Positions 12,172 to 22,251 are shown, numbered from the stretch's first letter. The stretch: 64,000 nucleotides of DNA from Eutreptiella sp. 'Long Island Sound 2002' (GCA_964036045.1 OZ038378.1:53878001-53942000), one strand, 5' to 3'. The notes: a model not told the origin generated them from the letters alone. Program-made: numbers and translations.

Positions 12172-12843
12172 GTGTCAATTATTTTGGGGGTCTAGACCCC
12201 CCTAGGAATTGACGCATAGGGTCGCGTCAATTATTTTGGGGGTCCAGGCCCCCATAGGAATTGATGCACAGGGTCGCGTCAATTATTTTGGGGGTCTAGA
12301 CCCCTATAGGAATTGGCGCATAGGGTCGCGTCAATTATTTTGGGGGTCTAGACCCCCCTAGGAATTGACGCATAGGGTCGCGTCAATTATTTTGGGGGTC
12401 TAGACCCCCCTAGGAATTGACGCATTGGGTCGCGTCAATTATTTTGGGGGTCTAGACCCCCATACGAATTGATGCATAGGGTCGCCCCAATTATTTTTGG
12501 GGTCTAGACCCCCGTAGGAATTGACGCCTAGGGCCGCGTCAATTATTTTGGGGGTCTAGACCCCCATAGAAATTGGCGCATAGGGTCGCGTCAATTATTT
12601 TGGGGGTCTAGACCCCCCTTAGGAATTGACGCATAGGGTCGCGTCAATTATTTTGGGGGTCCAGACCCCCGTAGGAATTGGCGCATAGGGTCGCGTCAAT
12701 TATTTTGGGGGTCTGGACCCCCCTTAGGAATTGACACATAAGGTCGCGTCAATTATTTTGGGGGTCTAGACCCCCATAGGAATTGACGCATAGGGTCGCG
12801 TCAATTATTTTGGGGGTCCAGACCCCCATAGGAACTGGCGCAT
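12172..12843. repeat. 52-bp tandem repeat, ~13 copies, each unit an imperfect palindrome
   Basis: GTCAATT recurs at 12174, 12226, 12278 and onward. Unit is GCGTCAATT-ATTTT-GGGGGTCTAGACCCCC-CTAGG-AATTGACGC-ATAGGGTC. Confidence 0.95.
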
Positions 12844-12845
12844 AG

Positions 12846-13035
12846 CAGGGGGGTGCACCACCTCAGTGGAATATCTATCCAGAGGGGGGGTGTACACCAC
12901 CTCAGTGGAATATTTATCCACAGGGGGGGGGGGGTACACCACTTCAGTGGAATATTTATCTAGAGGGGGAGGTACACCACCTCAATGGAATATTAATCCA
13001 CAGGGGGGGGGGGTACACCTCGGTGGAATATTTTT
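12846..13035. repeat. ~33-38-bp tandem repeat, about 5 copies (GGGGGTACACCACCTCAGTGGAATATTTATCCA)
   Basis: Directly visible; the G-run length varies between units. Confidence 0.85.
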
Positions 13036-14150
13036 CCCAGCCTCCCATTTTCCCCAATGCCCCATTTTCCACCTTTTTTTCCTCTTTTGGGGGGGGGGGT
13101 GTTCCCCTGTGTTGCATGGACTCCCATTCTTCCCAACTTTCAATTTTCATGATGGTTTTTTTTGTGGTGGGTGGCTGTGTTGGGGGAGGGGGAGTGCCAG
13201 ACTTTTTCTTGTACCTTTCTGACAGGAAGGAAGGAAGGGAGGGGGCGGGTACCACACTTTTATCAGAATTTTGCTGAGATGTGTTCTGTTTTATGTCCTT
13301 GACACGAGATGCCAAATCAGACTTCAGACTTCAGACTTTATACGCATAGCTGTAACACGCATCAAGCACTTTCACCGTTGACAGTGAAACTATTTCCCAC
13401 ACGGTGGTGTCCAGGGATAAACAGGGAAAGCTGGTACAGTGAATTTTATTTTTTGGAAGAGGCCTGTAAAAAAAGGAACCGGAAATATCACCGGACCGTC
13501 GTCTGGTCCAATGGTTATAATCCTCGTCTCGTGATTCTGGGGGGATGGGTTCGGTTCCCACTAGATCCCCCATCCTAGCCACCCTGTGGCATACCACATC
13601 AGTACACGGTCACCCACTAGGCATGATAAGTGCCCCGTTGCAGAGGGGGTACACTACTAGTACTACCAAACCGGTAGTTTTTAGACATGTTTTGCAGTAT
13701 ATGGTTGACTATGTAGTGAGACACCAGATTTCTAGCCCTGGTTGTAGGAAAAGTACCCCACGAGGACTTGGAGGCATCAATAGAGTTGTACCACACCCGT
13801 TATCTCCTTGTGTGTATGTCCTTGTGTGCATGGGGGAACAGTGGGGTGCCCGGTGAGGATCTCTTTGACTTTATGCCCCCCCCCCCCCCATGTACTTGCA
13901 TTCACTCTATTGCCCACCTGCTTTCAGGTGGGAGGCATCGGATCACAAGAACTTTCACTGTCAACAGTGAAACCATTTACAGCCACTGCCTGTTGGGTCC
14001 ACATGTTGTAATTAATCTCTGCATAAGTTGTGTTATTGTACCTGCTGACACCTTCTCTCCGCTAACTTTCATTGTCAACTATGAAACCACTGGTTGTCGT
14101 CTGCTTGTTCTGTATGTAGGTCATCTGCCTGTACTGCCTCAGAGGGCATT

Positions 14151-16387
14151 ATGACTGACAACATTGCCTCCCCATTCAGTCTACGAGACTTTTGCTCGGG
14201 GTTGTATGACCTCCTGGACCGGGCTGACATGTACCAAGACGGGGACTCGCTGGTGGAGTGCGCTATGGGGGTAGGACCAGCTTTGACTCTTGTGGAGATG
14301 GCCCTGGAGTTTCGTATGAATCCTCGAACAAGACGAGGTATTGCCGACCTGAAGCAGGACTGGCCGAGTCGTGGGTCTACGCAATGGTTACTGCGCTTTG
14401 TGCCTGCTGCATTCAAGCTCTTCCGCTGCATGCTGGTGCTGGCAAAGCCGATGAAAGTGGCAGAAACGGTACCCAATACAGGGGTTGTGACACCATTGAC
14501 CAAGGAACAGCGGCTTGAGTTGCGGGGAAATGGGCTTATACTGCATCGAGAATTACCATTGGCCAACCGGGTTGCCCTTGCACAAGAGCGAATCCGCGAA
14601 GAAATGACACAAGGATGCTAAGTGACATGGGCAGAGCAGTTTTGCAAGAGCCGGTACAGCAAAAATCCACATGGACCACGGGACATCTCCTTGTCATGCA
14701 CTGCTGTTGCCGTCCTCACAGGCTTGTTGGTGAGATTGTCGTACGCTGGTCGGCCTTCCGCAGAGAAATTGACAACACGGGTCAAAGATGTGGCACTGCA
14801 TATGCGGGACTCGGTGAGTGAGTTTTTGACTGTTGTGCAGGACCTGGCATCAGATCGACTGCCCCTTCGTCTTCTTTGCTGTCCGTTGGATATTCGCCGG
14901 GGCAACCCAAGGACGTCACCACGGCAGCCATATGGATTATGGGAAATCAACGTCACCAAGACGGCGGGATTGGGGGACGTGTTGTTCCGGTCATTGCAAG
15001 ACAATCTTGGGAACCGCAACCCAGTGAAGGTATTACTTTGTGACATGAACATATGGTGGAGGGTTGCAAAGGTTGTGTACAATAGGGAGCATGCTGCTTC
15101 TCCAGTACGGGGTGCGCTCCGTGACATATGCCCTGTCTATGGGATTTGGCAGGCTTACAAGGTGTGTGTCATTGCTTTATACAAGGCTTTTTCACCTTTT
15201 TTTATCTATCTGGAGTACGATTGTATCTTAATGGATCCAACTGCCACACGGGTGTACCAGTACCCCGCTCTGATTGTTTTGGAGAGGCTCATTCTTCGTG
15301 CTACCTTGCGTATCCTGCACTGCAGTCTCAATTCGACCGTAGCTTCCGGAGTTTCACTGTTGACAGTGACGCTCCCCTCTCGAAGGAGCGCTGGGAGGCG
15401 CTGCGGCAATTATTGAAGGCTTATGTTCCCGTTGTCTTGCAGTTAGGTATAATGTTGCCCGACTACTCCTGGAGACATCGTGCCTCTGGCACTGGTGTTG
15501 CAGCACGCAAGGTTTTAGAATGCAGCGTGTTTCTGCTGCGGAAAATCAAGCTGACACATAGTGACGGCAACTATAAAAACACTATCCGCATTGCTCTCCT
15601 TCTTTGGAGTTAGTTCCATGATGCATTGCCAGGTACTGCGCATGTTGAAGAGAAAGGCGAATCTATGCTGTCTCGTCTTGTGAAAGCATCAAAGCATGCT
15701 CTCAGTGCTACCACACTGGAGCAATATGAGTCCTTGTTTTTAACCATCAGAAAGGCTCGACAAGGAACCACGTTCCAGCAGAAGGCCCATATAGCATTGG
15801 GCTGCGTCCAAACGGTGCAGGGTTGGTTGCAAAACTTGTTGCAATGTTTGACCTCAGGCACGGCCCCCTTTGTAGATATCAGAACACGTGAGATGGAGGA
15901 TAATCCTAAGCCCGCCTGCGTAACAGGTACCAACATTTGGCCAAACAGTTTCCAATTTCCACCAGCCCTCATGGACTCAACAAGCCTGGTTGAGTCGGAG
16001 TATATCCTACTGCACCAAAGCCTTCACACTCTTTTTTACCTCTCCGGCAAAGCGTGTGACAGGGCAGACCGCTGGGCTGTAGCTGATCAGATGATCCAGC
16101 ACCAGCAATCGCCCCGGGATTGTGACGATAGTTCCTTTTTTGATGACTATGCAGGAACAGCTGCACACCTACGTGGAATGTTACCACATGATGCTATGGC
16201 GTTGGGACTGCCCATTTGGGAAAAAGTACCTAGAAAACGCAAAAGAGCAGGTGATGTTGGTGACCAAAACGGGTCTCAGGTAGACTCCGATGATGATGTG
16301 GACCTTGATGCCGTGGCATTGGCTTACAATGAGTTGTGCTATGTTGATTCTGAAAGAGATGATGACGACTGTATCTTAGTTGGGTAG
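14151..16387 (+). pseudogene. Putative RNase H-fold DDE-type transposase (~740 aa), disrupted
   Basis: ORFs 14094-14621 and 14622-15416 share one frame (stop TAA 14619-14621). After a frameshift near 15300, ORFs 15128-15613 and 15626-16387 share a frame (stop TAG 15611-15613). Ordered motifs TWAEQF, LLCDMNIWWRV, VYGIWQAYK and HVEEKGESMLSRL resemble a D..D..GxWH..E layout. Acidic tail with a basic RKRKR patch. Confidence 0.5.
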
Positions 16388-17673
16388 GGCTGGCAATGCT
16401 CCAGAACACGGATGTATATGGTGGCTAATGGACCTGTCGAACTGCCAATGGTTGCGGTTCCACACCGTGTCCACATACCCCGTGTTTGTTGATGCCTGTG
16501 TGTCCAGTGTAGTGTCCAATGCAATTGCCATCAGGTTGGAGGACAGTGACTAACTTTCACTGTCAACTGTGGAACACCAGGTGAAGGAGGTTGGAATGTA
16601 TCACACGACGATTATGCGATGGTGAGTTCATAATGCCACAAATGGCATGCAAATCACGGATCACTTTCACTGTTGACAGTGGAACCCTTGGGAAAGGGAT
16701 CCAAAATGGGGGACGCTTCAGACAATGTTCGGCATCCAGTGCAACGTTCTGCGCGTGTGGCATATGATGCCTGTGGTTTCCCTCCTCCCTGCCTGTTGTG
16801 GGTCTGTGGCCAGCGCGATATCACTCATGCGAATGAATTTGCGCCGTCATTGGTAAGAATTTGGAGTGCATTTGAAGAAAAGCGCTTACTGCCTGTGTGG
16901 TTTTGAGGCTTTGAAAGGGCTTCGATCACGTTACTAATCATTGGTGAAACAAACAACCAAGCAAGGGTGAGACAATGGAACATTTGGTCTTCACACAGAA
17001 CAAGGTTAACCGAGTATCTGGCATGATAGTGACAAACGAAAACTAGTGCCCTATTGATAACTAAAGACACATACTACTTTGAACCAAATGGCCTGCAACA
17101 CACTTTCACTGTTGACAGGGAAACACCGTTCCAAAGGTGCCTCCAACACGCAATTTCAGGGTGTTTTGGGCACTTTTTGTGCTACTTGTGGCTCCTCCTT
17201 GTTCTCTGCAGGATTCCATAAAATGGAGGACCCCCCTGTGGAGCCTGAGCCCCAAGACCAGGCGGAATCTGGTGAAGTGCCTACGGATGAGAAACAGGAA
17301 GACGTCGAACCGGAGCGCTGCTCTGGCGGTGAAGCACATGCTGATGGTGACGAAAGTGGTTTGGGTCAGGAGGAGGAGGAGAGTTCTGAGTCTGAAGAGG
17401 AGGAAGAGGAGGAAGTTGAGCCTGAGCAGGATGACGAGACCAAAATACAACCGCGACCGTGCATCCTGGAGGGTGGAGACGCAGAGGCTCAGCAGGTCAA
17501 AAAGTACATCATCGCAAGGAAGTACGTTCATGTCAGCAAGTTGATCTGGGATGACGAGCTGAAGTACGGTCAGTCACAACGTGTACAGCGCCCCCGCCTC
17601 GCAAGACTCCGTCGCAGTGTCGCCCACCGAGGGCTGATCGAGGAGGTTCGCGGTTATCTACTGGACAGAGGAG

Positions 17674-17806
17674 GTCTATGCCCCAATCAGTGCAGGCTTT
17701 TGTATCAATCGTTTCACTGTTGACAGTGAAAGTCTCCTGTCCTGTACCGATTGTTTCACTGTTGACAGTGAAAGTCTCCTGTCCTGTGGCCCTTGTCTGC
17801 CTGCAG
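17674..17806 (+). other. GT-AG intron 1 of the ParB-like gene, containing two palindromes in a 42-bp tandem duplication
   Basis: Donor GAG|GTCTAT, pyrimidine tract and CTGCAG| acceptor. The phase-1 join restores the frame. Confidence 0.8.
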
Positions 17807-18184
17807 GAGACATCCAGCTGGTGCTCGGCGGACCACACATGTGCGCCATTGTGAAAGAGCTGTGGCTCGCACTGACATCACCGATTCAGCAGGGGGGTCA
17901 AGCTGTAGCTGAAAGCGATGTACCCCGAGAAATGCGATTCATCTATGGGGTTATACTTCGTGAAGACACAGCACTAGAGATCTGCCGCAGGCCTGCACCA
18001 AAAGGCCCAGAGGGAATTCTGTGAGACTACTTTCTCTGAGGTGGCTGCTGCATTTCTACAACGCTGTGCTGAAATCGTGAAGAGGACCGGCCAGAAGTAC
18101 GCAACGCCCGATGCTGGTGAGATCTGCGAAGTGGTAAGAGATCTTGGGGTGCCATACAAGGAGTATATGGACATTGACACAACG

Positions 18185-18282
18185 GTATGTGACAAGTGAA
18201 TTTGCACTTCGAGGGCCGTGTTTCCACTGAGTTTCACTGTCAACAGTAAAACTATCTCTGTCTTACTCCTCGGCGTACCAAG
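18185..18282 (+). other. GT-AG intron 2 of the ParB-like gene, containing one palindrome
   Basis: Donor ACG|GTATGT, acceptor CCAAG|GCT. The phase-0 join runs into the frame of ORF 18322-18633. Confidence 0.75.
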
Positions 18283-18580
18283 GCTGTCGATGAGTGGAGG
18301 GGTCTGGCGCAGTTTTGTGGGATGATACTGGATGTTGGCGACAAGTTCAGCCAGGCTTTTGCGGCGTTTGACGAGAAGAAGTGTCTCAGTCATGCTGCCT
18401 TCAAGGAAAGTGCTGGGCTACCGCGGGCGTACTGTTTGGAGTTTGTCCACTGGGTGGCGAGTCCAGGGTCCACAATCAACACCAATACAGTCTCCCAGAA
18501 ACTCAGATACCTGAAGTACCTCTATCACGTCCGGAGTCATGTGTTCGGCCAAGGCAACCCAGAGATCCACGAAAGCCAAT

Positions 18581-18690
18581 GTATGCCTGTTGCCATCTAC
18601 TCACATTTGTTGTTGCATGATTCTACTGGCTGACGTCGCGCTGTTTCACTGTCAACAGTGAAACTCATTTCGTGTCTCCTTGCAATGCAG
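18581..18690 (+). other. Probable GT-AG intron 3, containing one palindrome
   Basis: Donor AAT|GTATGC, acceptor TGCAG|GAA. The phase links ORF 18322 to ORF 18672, but the junction codon reads TGA. Confidence 0.5.
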
Positions 18691-21348
18691 GAACTGAGGC
18701 CACCATGCCGATGCTCTGTAACGCAGTCAAGTGGGATGAGAGATATTGGGCACTGGGTGCAACAGGCCGCGAGGCAGCGAGGTACCGGCTGGGAACTGCT
18801 CAACCGACATGGCAAAATTTGCGGAAGTCAAAATTCTGGCAAGACCCTTGGCGCGCTGACACACGCAGGTCACTGCGGCAAGCATTGTGTGCTGAGGAGA
18901 CTGAACCTGGTAGCGGGGGGGCTGCATCTGAGCTGGATGGAGTGTGCACTGCTGCCTTTGCTGGAACCCAGAGGACGATCCACTTCACTGGAGACATGGG
19001 CAGGCATCTGTCTGCCAAGGCCCACCTCCTGTTTATTAAAGTCCCAGAAGGAAGTGAGACATCACTTCTGCCGCCGGGATTCGGAAAGAAGCTTGCTGCT
19101 AAAGGGGTCCCAGCAATCCTGTACGGTCCGAATGTGAAGTACACCCTGGCACGTCTGTTCGAGGAGGCTACACCACTGCGGGAATGGCAGTACACCTGTA
19201 TCCGGCTGTACACCCCCCGGGAAGACTTGCTATTCACAAGCAAAAAGCCCAAGCAGTTGACGACACTAACCCTGTGCGCTATCCTGGTGACACCCGGAAG
19301 TATTGCACAGCACCCGCCATACGCTGCTACGAATTTGGATTGGAGGTCATCGTGGTTCCGCTGGCTTCTAGGATTGTTGGCTGGAAGACTTGTGGTACCA
19401 AATGCACCAAAGCTGCCGGCAATTGTGGTGATGTTCAGCGCCCTCCACAAACCGACACAAGTGTATGGGATGACAGCAGCACTGATTGCCTGCTTGCTTG
19501 GCTGGTCGTGGCGTCTCTCGTTACCGGATGCCTGGGGAGTGGGGACCGACTCAGTGAAGCAAAACTTGGTGCGGGCTGTACAGCAATGTGCACGGGAACA
19601 AGCAGCAAACTTGCAAGCCGAAGGAGAGCCGTGGCAGCCCGGAACGCCGGTGAATGCGCAGCAGCTGCGCCTTCTTGATAAGAACCTCCGATCTGAAGTC
19701 AAAGCGGCAGAGAAAGTGGATCACAAGAGGCGGAAGTTGGTTCTGAAGCAACGGGAAAAGGATGAACTCGTGGCGGCAAAAATGTCACTATAAGGAGAAT
19801 GGTACAAAGGTTGTTGACCACAGGCAAGGAAGCCAGCATCGGAGGCTCCTCGACAGCCCATTCGGTGCCCCCACCACTCCAGAAAACCCGACTGTCCGAG
19901 GAGGTTTCACTGGTGACAGTGAAAGTGTCGGTCCTGAAGCTGCCTCATCTAGTGCTGTCGATCTTGGGGTTCATGTGCCCCCAACTGACCTAGAGCCTGC
20001 TTTCCATGCTGTCAGTGCTGATGCAAAGCCAGCTCCAAAGCGAGCTCCTGCGAACAAGAAGGCAAAGTCTAAGACCACTGCCAAGACAAGTGTAAAGGGG
20101 CAGACTGGGCAGACCACCCTCACTCAGATGGACCTGGAGGCTAGGGTTGATGTACAGAGTATTGACAAGGCCCAGCAGCAGGCAATTGCAGCACAGATCG
20201 AGGCTGCCAACAATGCGGGATCTGGCGGACGAGGAGCTCCAGGGCTGAAACGCAAACCCAAAGCACAGGCCGTGACCATGCCCAGTGTAGTTCAGCTTGC
20301 GCAGGCTTCGCGGAGGACCCGCAGTGCAAAGCAGTAGGCTGAATGGGAGGACCTGTCAGTTGTGCTTTTTTGAGAACTCCTTCTGTTTGTACTATTGTTG
20401 TCCTGTAAACAGTTCCTGGTCTGCTAGGTCATCACATTGCACTGTTCACTGCTGCACTGAGTTTCACTGTAAACAGTGAAACACACTGCCACCATGGCCT
20501 CTGTGGCCGAAATGCCTGAAGCCATCATTCATTTTTCTGCTCTGTGATAATATACCGTTTCATTGGGTAGTGCACTGCCCTCATTTCAGCTTTTGTTTTC
20601 AACAGACAACAAAACAGGGTTATAAGTCCTAAATTTTGCCCTGCAGCTGCTGTCTTGGGCTATTGTTGTTGCATCACCCGCACCGTGTATCTCCTGGCTG
20701 CATGCAGCTGAAAGCAGGCACAAAGTTTTTTTTTTCTACCTGCTATTTTTTTATTATTATTTTTCTATCTGCTTTTTCCGAGTTGCATCTCCAAGTGCAT
20801 TATAAAGATGTGTTTCACTGTTAACAGTGAAAGTGTCTCCCATGCTGGTGTGATTCGCCAATTCCAGAGTGTGGCATCAAAAATACAGTCTGACAACACA
20901 TGCAGCGACACCGTGTGTACACGTACCGTGCTTGTGTTTTGTGTTGCATATTTACATACACGTCTTTGTCACAGGGGAAGTTGTTCGAGTATTACTGCAG
21001 TCCACCGCCGTAGACTGCATGGAAGGGGGGGGGGGGTCTGGGGATACGGTCTGCCACACCTCAATGCTTCCACAACGGTAAGAGTTTCACTGTTGACAGT
21101 GAAACAATATGAAATATGAGCCCCACACTGGGGTTTTGGGAAATTCAATTTTTCTGCGAGTTTCACTGTTGGCCACGAGGGCTAACAGTGAAACCTTTTG
21201 CCCGTTTTTGGGGGCCCCGACGACCCGGTATGTCAGGTTCGTAACCCCAAGCTACTGCCCTGTCCTAAATCCCTGTCCTACGACACCTGCCTGTTGCAGT
21301 CCCTGTCATGCTCTCTTGTCCGTACGTGCTCTCTGAATTCAAGCCTCA

Positions 21349-22048
21349 ATGGATGTTCTTCCGGCCACCGACATGACAACCCTTGTAGCCCTCAGAGTTC
21401 ACCGTTTCGTTCCGTTCGTCAGCAACAAGGATGAGGGGGATAAGGATGCGGGGCAGAAGGATGTGGGGCCGAAGGATGGCGCGCCGAAGGCCGCCCCCTC
21501 GCAAGACTTCCCGCTCATGTCCGGCGAGGAGACCACGGACCCTCACACAGGGGAACCACGTGATGATCAAGTGATACAATTTAGAATGACAATCGGGCGC
21601 ACACATTAAAATTTGTTGCACACTCTGTGCGACTCATGTAGACGGCGACCGATGCATTGACGCCCCCCCCCCCCCCCGAGGTACAGCGAGAGGGTTGGTC
21701 AACTCCCTGTATTGTAAAGAGCCTGCGAGGACCCCCAGACATGGGGTGATGGCAAAGTGTTCCGGGGGATGGGGACAGTGCCAATGCTGCAGAGCTGTTG
21801 ACCGCAATGGGCATCTTCTCGTCGCGCGGCTTGAGATGGCAGAATTTTATGACGGCTCTCTTGTAGTAGACGGTCGCCCACTTCGAGTCCCACGCGGCAT
21901 CCAACGCTGTCCGGACCACTGCACTGCCGCACGGCACCGGGTGATATACATTTTCTTCTTTTGCAGAGGTGGCGTGACGGTCAGCCCATACCAGAATTCC
22001 TTGTGCCACGGTGCTCAGTTTCTTTTAAGGACCATAGAAGCAATATGA
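21349..22048 (+). other. Two short hypothetical ORFs (21349-21609 and 21695-22048), possibly one disrupted gene
   Basis: Protein-like composition (KDxGx repeat, Cys/His cluster). No family recognised. Confidence 0.25.
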
Positions 22049-22251
22049 ACTGAACCTGAATTGCAATGTGCTAGTGAAGCACGGGATCACAATCGATGCG
22101 CCATGCAATGGAATGTCTGCCGTCTTCCGTATGCTTGCCGTGATCACAATGGAGGAAGGGTGTATGCCACCGTAATGGAGGGGGGGGTGGAAGTTTGGTT
22201 CCGCTACATCTCCCGAGAATGAAGGTGATGGAATAGCACGATAGGACACCG

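Larger units (their letters stand above)
17223..20337 (+). pseudogene. Spliced gene: acidic N-terminus, ParB/Sulfiredoxin-like domain, helical region, degenerate beta-class DNA methyltransferase-like fold, basic tail
   Basis: ATG at 17223. Removing GT-AG introns 17674-17806 and 18185-18282 joins frames exactly (YLLDRG-GDIQLVLGGPHMCAIV; DIDTT-AVDEWRGLAQF). ParB-like signatures are LIWDDELKYGQSQRV and LVLGGPH. A third intron, 18581-18690, is probable but its join gives TGA in this copy. Frameshifts near 18003 and 19790-19905. Confidence 0.65.
13369..21194. promoter_or_regulatory. Dispersed 22-bp palindrome GTTTCACTGT(TG/CA)ACAGTGAAAC, 16 copies, putative protein-binding sites
   Basis: Copies start at 13369, 13952, 14066, 15351, 16554, 16664, 17103, 17711, 17753, 18231, 18643, 19904, 20461, 20812, 21084 and 21160 (the last split by 13 bp, ending 21194). 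The repeats are certain; the function is inferred. Confidence 0.8.
13339..21251 (+). mobile_element. Putative DNA transposon carrying a DDE-like transposase gene, a ParB-like/methyltransferase-like gene and 16 parS-like palindromes
   Basis: Both end segments are shared with the short derivative at 1846-2376. The palindrome was seen only in these two intervals. Two co-oriented long disrupted genes lie inside. The exact termini, especially the right one, are uncertain. Confidence 0.65.

Noticed and set aside
12172-12843. CRISPR array
   Set aside because: The palindromic repeats are head-to-tail with no unique spacers, no cas genes are nearby, and the context is eukaryotic.
17223-20337. Tyrosine recombinase acting on the 8-bp-spacer sites
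   Set aside because: I could not find the R..HxxR..H/W..Y catalytic pattern in either gene of the element.
13369-21194. Palindromes as a CRISPR-like or cassette array
   Set aside because: Spacing is irregular (42 bp to over 1.2 kb) and the intervening DNA is continuous genes, not spacers or cassettes.
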